Shown here in pieces: positions 24,880 to 32,000 of a DNA stretch of 32,000 nt. The translations under genes and the position numbers were made by a program. Numbering within the stretch: position 1 is the stretch's first letter; every line of letters starts with the position of its first letter. The DNA is from Mucisphaera calidilacus (GTDB taxonomy: Bacteria; Planctomycetota; Phycisphaerae; Phycisphaerales; Phycisphaeraceae): contig NZ_CP036280.1 in the NCBI RefSeq assembly GCF_007748075.1, forward strand, positions 690,001 through 722,000, given 5' to 3'. Under the pieces are notes generated by a model, which was not told where the DNA came from, searched no databases, and saw only the letters and a program-made list of their open reading frames with translations.

Positions 24880-25023
24880 TCTCATGTTGACTGCCTTATT
24901 TTTAGGCAGAGAGGTGTGACGGACGGCCAAAATGAATAGTGTTCATATTGGGGTGCGTGGCATGAAGGCAGCCGACGGGCTAAATTGAGGGTGTCTTTTT
25001 GAACCATCCGTACGAGGTACTGA

Positions 25024-26406
25024 GTGATGACCATGACCCCCTCCCGACCCGCCGCCGCCGAGACGTCCCGACCCCTCACCGGGGACCAGTTCGCCGCCTG
25101 GCAGCGCCGCTTTGACGAATCGCCCAGTGCCCAGCTCATGCAGAACGCCGTCTGTCGGCAGCCGATCGACGAAGTCGCACTCGACCGTCGTGTCGCAACC
25201 AGTACGGACTTTACGTTTAGTCACGTACTCGACGACTGGACCGTGACAAGTCAGAAGCAGTCCGGACGCTGCTGGCTCTTCGCCGGGCTTAACCTGCTCC
25301 GCGTCGGCGCGATGAACAAGATGAACCTTCAGGAATTCGAGTTCAGCCAGAACCACATCTTCTTCTGGGACAAGGTCGAACGAGCCAACTATTTCCTACA
25401 GCGGATCATCGAGACCGCCGACCGCGACATCGACGACCGCCACGTCGCCTTCCTCCTCGACCGCCCCTACGACGACGGCGGGCAGTGGAACATGTTCGTC
25501 AACCTCGTCAAGAAGCACGGGCTCGTCCCGCAGGCCGTCATGCCCGATTCGCACAGCTCCGGCTGCACGCCGCGGATGAACGGCAACATCCGCCACAAGC
25601 TCCGCGAGGGCGCGGTCCGGCTCCGGGCCGCCGCGGCAGCGGGTGCCTCCACCGAAAACCTCGAGGCCGAGAAGCACGCCATCCTGGAGACCGTCTACCG
25701 CATCCTCTCCATCCACCTCGGCACACCGCCCGCAGAGTTCGACTGGCAGTGGAACGACAAGGACCGCAAGTTCCATCGCGACGGCAAGGTCACGCCTCAG
25801 GACTTCGCCAAGCGCTACACCGACATCGACCTCGACCACTATGTCTGCCTCGTCAACGACCCCCGCAATCCGTACAATCAGACCTACACCGTCGAGTACC
25901 TCGGCAACGTCGAGGGCGGCGACCGCGTGGTCTATCTCAACGTCGAGACCGACGTGCTCAAGCAGGTCGCGATGAACACCATCACCGATGGCGAACCCGT
26001 CTGGATGGGCTGCGACGTCGGCCCCATGATGGAGCGCAAGCTCGGCCTCTGGGACGCTCGGCTCTATGACTACGAGGGCGTCTACGAAACCCAGTACACC
26101 CTCGACAAGGCCGATCGCCTCCGGGCTCACCAGTCGCTCATGACCCACGCGATGCTCTTCACCGGCGTTGACGTCGTCAGCGAGGCCGGCGTAGAGCGTC
26201 CTCGCCGCTGGCGCGTGGAAAACTCCTGGGGCGACGAGATCGGACGCAAGGGCTTCTTCCTCATGAACGACAACTGGTTCGACCAGTACATGTTCGAGAT
26301 CGCCGCCAACCGCAAGTACCTCAGTCAGGACCTCATCGCGGCCCTCGACACCGAGCCCACCGTGCTTCCGCCCTGGGATCCCATGGGTTCGCTCGCCCGT
26401 TCATGA
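25024..26406 (+). CDS. pepC: Aminopeptidase C / bleomycin hydrolase-type C1 cysteine peptidase
   Basis: Active-site motif QKQSGRCWLFAGLN and C-terminal WRVENSWG. The length is typical of PepC. 25024 is a GTG and the adjacent ATG at 25027 is equally possible. Confidence 0.85.
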   Translation: MMTMTPSRPAAAETSRPLTGDQFAAWQRRFDESPSAQLMQNAVCRQPIDEVALDRRVATSTDFTFSHVLDDWTVTSQKQSGRCWLFAGLNLLRVGAMNKMNLQEFEFSQNHIFFWDKVERANYFLQRIIETADRDIDDRHVAFLLDRPYDDGGQWNMFVNLVKKHGLVPQAVMPDSHSSGCTPRMNGNIRHKLREGAVRLRAAAAAGASTENLEAEKHAILETVYRILSIHLGTPPAEFDWQWNDKDRKFHRDGKVTPQDFAKRYTDIDLDHYVCLVNDPRNPYNQTYTVEYLGNVEGGDRVVYLNVETDVLKQVAMNTITDGEPVWMGCDVGPMMERKLGLWDARLYDYEGVYETQYTLDKADRLRAHQSLMTHAMLFTGVDVVSEAGVERPRRWRVENSWGDEIGRKGFFLMNDNWFDQYMFEIAANRKYLSQDLIAALDTEPTVLPPWDPMGSLARS

Positions 26407-26415
26407 ACCTGAAAA

Positions 26416-26488
26416 AGCCACCAGTCGGACTCGAACCGACGACCTGCGGTTTACAAAACCGCTGCTCTACCAACTGAGCTATGGTGGC
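26416..26488 (-). tRNA. tRNA-Thr (anticodon UGU)
   Basis: Minus-strand cloverleaf. Acceptor GCCACCA/TGGTGGC, D-arm GCTCAGTTGGTAGAGC, anticodon loop TTTGTAA, T-arm GTCGG-TTCGAGT-CCGAC. 73 nt, no encoded CCA, followed by T5. Confidence 0.9.
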
Positions 26489-26541
26489 GGCAGACGCGAT
26501 TGTATCGGCAAGGCCCCCAAAGCGGATGAGACAACGGGGAA

Positions 26542-26614
26542 AGCCATCGACTGGACTCGAACCAGCGACCTGAGCTTTACGAAAGCTCTGCTCTACCAAC
26601 TGAGCTACGATGGC
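26542..26614 (-). tRNA. tRNA-Thr (anticodon CGU)
   Basis: Minus-strand cloverleaf. Acceptor GCCATCG/CGATGGC, same D-arm as its neighbour, anticodon loop TTCGTAA, T-arm GCTGG-TTCGAGT-CCAGT. 73 nt, no encoded CCA. Confidence 0.9.
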
Positions 26615-26624
26615 GAGACGCAAT

Positions 26625-26652
26625 ATCTTAGCGAAGTCGGCCGGTGGCTCAA
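26625..26652 (-). promoter_or_regulatory. Candidate promoter for the tandem tRNA-Thr genes
   Basis: On the minus strand: TTGAGC (26647..26652, overlapping the helicase stop codon), 16-nt spacer, TAAGAT (26625..26630). The -10 hexamer ends 10 nt before the tRNA 5' end. Confidence 0.35.
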
Positions 26653-28064
26653 CCAGCCGCGGAGCCACTCGCAGCAGCCTTGACCCGGGGTTTCCGCTTC
26701 ATCGCACCCTTGCCCGGAGCCCCCGATCGTTGACGCCGTGAGGAAGCTTTCTTCCCGGCCTGAGGACGCTCGGACTTGCGTGCCGCCGCCGCTTTTCGCT
26801 GGGCCGCCGAACGCTGCTTGCGCGGCTTGCTCTTGTGTGCGGACTTCGCACCGGGCTTGCCGGGTTTCTCGGCCTGTGCCTCGCCGGTCGGCTTGTCGGC
26901 CTGAGCCCGAGCACCCGACGCTTCCGAAGCAGGGGGGGCAAAGCCCGCGTCCTCGATCGGCTCGATCGTCTGCCGGGTCGCACGCTCGATGGCCCGGAGG
27001 TTCTTGCGTTCACTAGGGTCGCAGAACGAGATCGCGTGTCCCGTCGCGCCGGCCCGTGCCGTGCGCCCGATCCGGTGCACGTAGCTCTCCGGCTCGTGCG
27101 TCAGGTCGTAGTTGAAAACGTGCGAGATCCCGTCCACGTCGATGCCTCGCGACGCGATGTCGGTCGCGACCAGCACGTTGATCCGCCCCTTCTTGAAGTA
27201 GTCGAGCGCACGCTGGCGTGCGTTCTGGCTCTTGTCGCCATGGATCGCGTCCGACTCCACGTTGGCCTTGCGCAGCTGGCGAGCGACCTTGTCGGCCCCG
27301 TACTTCGTGCGCGTGAAGACGATCGCGCGTTCGATCGACATTGTGCTCAGCAGGTGGGCGAGCAGGCGCGTCTTGTGCGGTTTCTCGATGAAGTAGACGT
27401 TCTGCTCGATCCGCTCCACCGTGGTCGCCGGCGGCGTGATCTCGATGTGCACCGGGTTGCGCAGCAGGTCGTCGGCCAGTTCGCGGATCGGCCCGGGCAT
27501 GGTGGCCGAGAACAGGAGCGTCTGGCGCTTGCGCGGGATCTCCGCCGTGATCCGACGGATGTCCGGCATGAAGCCCATGTCGAGCATCCGGTCGGCCTCG
27601 TCGAGCACCAGCGTGTCGATGCTCTCCAGGCGTGCGTGGCCCTGATTCATCAGGTCCAGCAGCCGGCCGGGTGTCGCCACCAGCACGTCCACGCCGGCAC
27701 GCAGCTTCTTGACCTGCGGGTTCTGATTCACCCCGCCGAAGATCAGCGCGCCGCGCAGCCGCGTGTGCTTGCTGTAGCCCTGAAAGCTCTCGGCGATCTG
27801 CACCGCCAACTCACGCGTCGGGCAGAGAACCAGGCAGGTCGGGTTCCGGTGCTTCGGGTTGCTCTTGAGCTCGGCGAAATGATTGATGATCGGCAGCGCG
27901 AACGCAGCCGTCTTGCCCGTCCCGGTCTGGGCACAGCCGAGTACGTCACGCCCGTCAAGCACCGGCGGGATCGCTGCGGCCTGAATCGGGGTCGCGGTGG
28001 TGTAGCCCTTGTCGGCCACGGCGCGCAGAACAGGTCCTGCGAGGGGGAGGTCACGAAAATCCAT
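26649..28064 (-). CDS. DEAD-box ATP-dependent RNA helicase (RhlE-like) with basic C-terminal tail
   Basis: Q motif TTATPIQ, motif I AQTGTGKT, Ia PTRELA, II DEAD, III SAT, VI HRIGRTARAG, and a Lys/Arg-rich C-terminal tail. The ATG at 28064 (MDFRDL) follows AAGGAA. The ORF-track start at 28133 adds 23 residues without support. Confidence 0.9.
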   Translation of the reverse strand: MDFRDLPLAGPVLRAVADKGYTTATPIQAAAIPPVLDGRDVLGCAQTGTGKTAAFALPIINHFAELKSNPKHRNPTCLVLCPTRELAVQIAESFQGYSKHTRLRGALIFGGVNQNPQVKKLRAGVDVLVATPGRLLDLMNQGHARLESIDTLVLDEADRMLDMGFMPDIRRITAEIPRKRQTLLFSATMPGPIRELADDLLRNPVHIEITPPATTVERIEQNVYFIEKPHKTRLLAHLLSTMSIERAIVFTRTKYGADKVARQLRKANVESDAIHGDKSQNARQRALDYFKKGRINVLVATDIASRGIDVDGISHVFNYDLTHEPESYVHRIGRTARAGATGHAISFCDPSERKNLRAIERATRQTIEPIEDAGFAPPASEASGARAQADKPTGEAQAEKPGKPGAKSAHKSKPRKQRSAAQRKAAAARKSERPQAGKKASSRRQRSGAPGKGAMKRKPRVKAAASGSAAG

Positions 28065-28358
28065 GGAGTTCCTTCGGGTTGCGTTCGACGGCAGAGGCGG
28101 CACAAGCAGCCCGGCTGGAAGGAGAGTCAGCAACCGTGTGGAACGCGCGGTCGGCCGGGTAGTGCGGGGCTAGCCCGACGGTGGCCGCCAGTGGGGAATC
28201 TAGTACTGTACCATAAATCGTCCATCAGTAGGGATTGTCGCCATAATTCACGGCCTGAGCGCGGTTTAGTGTCACTTTTCTGATTTGTGTTGGAGTCTTT
28301 CCTGCGAGCGGCTACGCTTCAACCTCGGGAAGATTCATTCAAGGAACGAGGAAGAAAC

Positions 28359-30053
28359 ATGGGTATGAAATCGCTCAGTGTCGCCGCGTCGCTCCTGATC
28401 ACCGGCGGTTACGCCCTGGCTCAGACCAACCCGATCATCCCGGTTGTCCCGAAGACGCCCTGGAAGGTCGTGCTCGAAGAGGTCGTCACCATCCCCGACA
28501 GCCTGGGTACCTACCCGCGACTGGAGGAACTGACCCACGCCCCCGGTTCAGACGACGCCTTCGTGCTCGATCAGAACGGCACCATCTACCGCTTTGATCC
28601 CTACGCGGCCAACCCGACGCCCCAGGTCTTTCTTGATCTCAACAGCGCCGTACCCGCCGGTTTCAGGACCGGTTCTCAGGAGGGCCTGCGCGGTCTTGCC
28701 TTCCACCCCGACTTCGCCACACCCGGAACCGACGGCTACCGCAAGTTCTATACATCCCACAGCCGCAGCGCGTTCACGGGCATTTACTTCGGCGACGGCG
28801 TGACACCCGTCATCTACGGCGCACCCGGCGGTGTCGATCACGACGCCTACGTCGCCGAGTGGAGCGTCAACCCCGACGGCAGCGTCGACACCGATTCGTA
28901 TCGCGAGATCCTGCTGGTCGGGCAGCCCCGAGCCGACCACAACATCGGCCAGATCGGGTTTGACCCGACCGCGCAACCGGGCGAAGACGACTACGGCAAT
29001 CTCTACATCACGCTGGGCGACGGCGGCGGACCCAATGACCCCAGCAATCTCGCCCAGAACACCAGCCAGCCCCACGGTTCCATCCTCCGCGTCGACCCGC
29101 TCCGCAACGGCAGCGACCCCTTCAGCCTGCCCGACAATCCACTGCGCACCAGTGACTCGCTCACCAACGCACGCAACCTTATCTATGCCTACGGCGTCCG
29201 AAACCCGCACAAGTTCACGGTCGATCCGGTGACCGGCAACTTCATCTTCAGCGACATCGGTCAGGCGAACATCGAGGAGATCAACATCCTCGAGCCGGGA
29301 GCTAACTACGGCTGGGACCTGCGCGAGGGCACCTGGACCCTCAACAGCAGCAACGTCCCCGGCACCCTCCCACCCAACCACCCCACCGACTCGGCCACCT
29401 ACCCCGTCGCCCAGTACGACCACGACCCCGAGAACGACGGCGTCAACGGCTCCTACGCCGTGGCAGGCGGGCACGTCTACCGCGGCAGCAGCGTGCCCGA
29501 ACTCACCGGCATGTACCTGTTTGGCGACTTCGGCACCAACCCCGGACCGATCTACGCCGTCGACGCTGACGACCTCACCCAACGCGATGACTTCACCGAC
29601 ATCGATCAGATCTTCGGCGGGTATCTCGCTCCGCTTGTTGAACTGACGCTCAACACCGAGGGCGACGCGACCGACAAGACCTTCCTCGACATCGTCAAAG
29701 AGACCAACCCCTTTATCCCACGCACCGACCTGCGCTTCGGCATCGACGCGGCGGGGGAGATCTACATCCTTTCCAAACGCGACGGCAAGGTCCGACGCAT
29801 CAGCGCGGTCATCGGGCTGCTCGCCGGCGACGCCAACCGCGACGGGATCGTTGACCTGCTGGACCTGAGCCTCCTCGCCTCCGGCTTCGACGGGCCCGGC
29901 GACTGGGGCTCAGGCGACTTCAACGCCGACGGGCTGGTCAATCTGCTCGATCTCAGCCTGCTCGCCAGCAATTTCGGCCAGACCTCCATCCCCCAGCCCG
30001 CCGTCGGGTTGATCATGCTCACGATGCTCTCGGGGTTCCGCCGCGGGGCCTGA
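28359..30053 (+). CDS. Secreted PQQ-dependent (glucose/sorbosone) sugar dehydrogenase-like beta-propeller with C-terminal dockerin repeats and PEP-CTERM-like anchor
   Basis: Signal peptide MGMKSLSVAASLLITGGYALAQ. Family motifs HNIGQIGFDP, LYITLGDGG and YAYGVRNPHKFTVDP...IGQANIEEINILEPGANYGW. Two dockerin-like repeats (DANRDGIVDLLDLSLLAS and DFNADGLVNLLDLSLLAS). The tail reads IPQPAVGLIMLTMLSGFRRGA. The ATG at 28359 follows AAGGAACGAGGAAG. Confidence 0.8.
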   Translation: MGMKSLSVAASLLITGGYALAQTNPIIPVVPKTPWKVVLEEVVTIPDSLGTYPRLEELTHAPGSDDAFVLDQNGTIYRFDPYAANPTPQVFLDLNSAVPAGFRTGSQEGLRGLAFHPDFATPGTDGYRKFYTSHSRSAFTGIYFGDGVTPVIYGAPGGVDHDAYVAEWSVNPDGSVDTDSYREILLVGQPRADHNIGQIGFDPTAQPGEDDYGNLYITLGDGGGPNDPSNLAQNTSQPHGSILRVDPLRNGSDPFSLPDNPLRTSDSLTNARNLIYAYGVRNPHKFTVDPVTGNFIFSDIGQANIEEINILEPGANYGWDLREGTWTLNSSNVPGTLPPNHPTDSATYPVAQYDHDPENDGVNGSYAVAGGHVYRGSSVPELTGMYLFGDFGTNPGPIYAVDADDLTQRDDFTDIDQIFGGYLAPLVELTLNTEGDATDKTFLDIVKETNPFIPRTDLRFGIDAAGEIYILSKRDGKVRRISAVIGLLAGDANRDGIVDLLDLSLLASGFDGPGDWGSGDFNADGLVNLLDLSLLASNFGQTSIPQPAVGLIMLTMLSGFRRGA

Positions 30054-30128
30054 ACGCCCGCCACTCTGCTACACTCTCGTGCTGCGCTAAGAGCGCACGG
30101 GAAGTTCGCAACCAGCAGGAAATATGCC

Positions 30129-31274
30129 GTGAAGCAGAAGACCGAGGCGATCCACGCCGGCGTTTATCAGGACAAGACATGGGGCTCCGTGACGACGCCC
30201 ATCTACCCGTCGTCCACCTTCACGTTTCCCAAACTCGGCGAACACCCGGTCTTCGACTACACCCGCTCCGGCAACCCGACCCGTGCCGGCCTCGAAGAGA
30301 GCCTCGCGGCACTCGAGGGCGGCAAGGTCGCTCTCGCTACCTCGACCGGCATGTCGGCCATCACGACGACGCTCTTCCTCTTCCAGTCGGGCGATCACGT
30401 CATCGCGGGCAACGACATCTACGGCGGAACCTACCGGCTCTTCGACGCCATCATGCCGAAGATGGGCATCAATTTCACCTTCGTCGACATGCGCGATCCC
30501 GATGCTGTCCGTGCCGCGATCCGACCCGAGACCAAGGGGCTCTGGATCGAGACGCCCAGCAACCCGCTGCTCAACATCACCGACGTCAAGGCCATGACCG
30601 CGATCGCCAGAGAGCACAAGCTGCTGACCATCGCCGACAACACCTTCCTCTCCCCCGTGTTCCAGCGGCCGCTCGACCTGGGTGTTGACATCGTGCTGCA
30701 CTCGACGACCAAGTACATCAACGGTCACAGCGACGTCGTCGGCGGGGCGGTGATCGCCGCTGATCCCGAGATCGGCCAGCGGGTGCGCGACGCCGGCAAC
30801 GCCATCGGCACGGCCTGTTCACCCTTCGACGCCTTCCTCGTGCTGCGTGGCATCAAGACCCTGCCCGTGCGCATGGCCGAGCACGCACGCAACGCTCAGG
30901 TCATCGCAGCCTGGCTCGAGAAACACCCAAGGGTCCAACGCGTCTATTACCCCGGCCTCGACAGCCACCCTCAGAAGGCTCTGATCGATCAGCAGATGCT
31001 CGGGCCGGGCGGCATGCTCAGCTTCGACCTGGACGCCGACGAACAGCAGATCCCCGCCTTCTACGGCGCACTCGAACTCTTCCTGCTGGCCGAATCCCTC
31101 GGCGGGGTCGAGTCGCTCGTCGAACAGCCCTGGTCCATGAGCCACGCCTCGATGGGGCCCGACGGGCTTGCCGCATCCGGCATCACCCCGCAGACGGTGC
31201 GTGTCAGCGTCGGCCTTGAGGCGACCGAAGACCTCATCGCCGACCTCGAACGCGGGTTCGCCGCGATCGGATAA
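30129..31274 (+). CDS. Cys/Met-metabolism PLP-dependent enzyme (cystathionine gamma-synthase / beta-lyase family)
   Basis: 381 aa with the PLP-lysine motif HSTTKYINGHSDVVGG, plus YTRSGNPT and ESLGGVESL motifs. GTG start. Which member of the trans-sulfuration family this is cannot be decided by eye. Confidence 0.85.
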   Translation: MKQKTEAIHAGVYQDKTWGSVTTPIYPSSTFTFPKLGEHPVFDYTRSGNPTRAGLEESLAALEGGKVALATSTGMSAITTTLFLFQSGDHVIAGNDIYGGTYRLFDAIMPKMGINFTFVDMRDPDAVRAAIRPETKGLWIETPSNPLLNITDVKAMTAIAREHKLLTIADNTFLSPVFQRPLDLGVDIVLHSTTKYINGHSDVVGGAVIAADPEIGQRVRDAGNAIGTACSPFDAFLVLRGIKTLPVRMAEHARNAQVIAAWLEKHPRVQRVYYPGLDSHPQKALIDQQMLGPGGMLSFDLDADEQQIPAFYGALELFLLAESLGGVESLVEQPWSMSHASMGPDGLAASGITPQTVRVSVGLEATEDLIADLERGFAAIG

Positions 31275-31437
31275 GCCCTGACAGACCGCCACGCGTTTCC
31301 CGGGGATCGTGAGCAAAGCCAACAGTCCGCCAACGCATAAGGCGATGACGACCTGTTAGTCTGATGACAGCGATCAGCCAGCTGATCGGGTTCAGTCCCG
31401 GGTCGCGGTCCGTTGTGTGCCCCCCCAGAATCGAGGC

Positions 31438-32000
31438 ATGCCGGTGGAAGCTCTCATCGTCGTCGTCGTACTGATCACGGTGATATCGGTGCCGCTGTGC
31501 GTGATCTACCTGCTCATCGCCAACGCAAGTGCCCGCCGCCGACTCGACGAACTGGAGCACGAGCTCAGGCTGGTACGCGCCCGAATGAATCAAGCGCTGC
31601 CACCGCCAACACCCCCGACCCCGGAATCGATCAGCAGTCAGCCGGTCGCCGAGACATCACCATCGCGCACCGAGCGGCTCCACGAAGTCCTTGCCGAAAG
31701 GCGAGCGCAGGCGACGGCCGAATCACAATCAGTCGCCGAGACACCTATATCACCCCCTGAAAGCCAGACCGCTGAGGGAAGCCCGCCGGAGGCAGCGGAA
31801 ACAACGAGCCCGATCGCGGACGACCTCGATGAGTCCGTAATTGTCACGAGCGATGAATCTGAGGACGACGACACTCCCGGCGAGCGTCCGTCGCCTGAAT
31901 CGCTTGAGGATGTGCTGGGTTCACGGATCTTCGTCTGGATCGGCGGGATCGCAATCGCTCTGGGTGGCGCGTTTCTCGTGAAGTATTCCTGGGACAACGA
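31438..32000 (+). CDS. DUF2339-like membrane protein, 5' fragment (runs off the window)
   Basis: This frame is not in the ORF track because it has no stop inside the window. I translated it by hand from ATG 31438 and found no stop up to 32000, with high GC3. It reads MPVEALIVVVVLITVISVPLCVIYLLIANASARRRLDELEHELRLVRARM, then an acidic Pro/Ser/Glu linker, then LGSRIFVWIGGIAIALGGAFLVKYSWDN. That layout is typical of DUF2339 proteins. Confidence 0.6.
   Translation, partial: MPVEALIVVVVLITVISVPLCVIYLLIANASARRRLDELEHELRLVRARMNQALPPPTPPTPESISSQPVAETSPSRTERLHEVLAERRAQATAESQSVAETPISPPESQTAEGSPPEAAETTSPIADDLDESVIVTSDESEDDDTPGERPSPESLEDVLGSRIFVWIGGIAIALGGAFLVKYSWDN

Noticed and set aside
24958-24972. 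Sigma54-like element TGGCAT-N5-CAGC on the plus strand in the glnA/pepC intergenic region
   Set aside because: Only the GG and GC dinucleotides fit the TGGCAC-N5-TTGC consensus. It also points toward pepC rather than glnA. The match is too weak to call without a genome-wide model.
26333-26668. 111-aa minus-strand ORF spanning both tRNA-Thr genes
   Set aside because: It is entirely explained by the two well-folded tRNAs. The repeated AQLVEQ peptide is simply the translated D-arm.
30054-30128. Possible SAM-type riboswitch or terminator upstream of the trans-sulfuration gene (hairpin TGCGCT-aag-AGCGCA)
   Set aside because: The 75-nt spacer is too short for SAM-I. I cannot match the small SAM-II, SAM-V or SAM/SAH pseudoknot consensus from memory. 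The hairpin has a 3-nt loop and no T-run, so it is a weak terminator at best.
1-32000. CRISPR arrays, IS elements or transposases, rRNA genes, toxin-antitoxin or known defence systems
   Set aside because: I saw no regularly spaced direct repeats and no transposase, integrase or nuclease-type ORFs. I also saw no rRNA-like conserved stretches. The only AT-rich islands are short promoter-type intergenic regions at 19950..20094, 24860..25020 and 28190..28358.

Overview
GC-rich window (about two-thirds G+C by eye, strong GC3 bias) that reads as a chromosomal core region. Phylum-level origin is an inference: the dockerin plus PEP-CTERM-like tail, oversized SecDF and weak Shine-Dalgarno usage suggest Planctomycetota or a relative. 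I support 28 protein genes (27 complete, 1 truncated at the right edge and absent from the ORF track), 3 tRNAs, 2 related bidirectional terminators and 4 tentative promoters. In order: GT2 and O-antigen-ligase-like genes, tRNA-Lys, dipeptide epimerase, Gfo/Idh/MocA oxidoreductase, a vWA/ExbB/ExbD/ExbD/835-aa ORFan operon, an AKR-Nudix-rhomboid operon, tgt-yajC-secDF, rsmJ plus an MBL hydrolase, a FixJ/NarL-type regulator, a GlnE-like enzyme convergent with glnA, pepC, tandem tRNA-Thr, a DEAD-box helicase, a PQQ-type dehydrogenase, a trans-sulfuration PLP enzyme and a DUF2339 fragment. I saw no rRNA, CRISPR array, transposase, integrase or obvious prophage or defence genes. The best candidate for an undescribed system is 4875-10007: an ExbB/ExbD/ExbD motor with no TonB C-terminal domain, preceded by a protein that joins a TonB/TolA-like SxxxH anchor and Pro/Ala linker to a MIDAS-bearing vWA domain. 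Other notable items are an ACT-ACT-single-module GlnE beside a glnA with the adenylylation Tyr, a receiver domain with Ala at the phospho-acceptor position, and a 1277-aa SecDF with a two-helix insertion splitting a conserved SecF motif. All domain calls come from motif recognition by eye, with no searches run.
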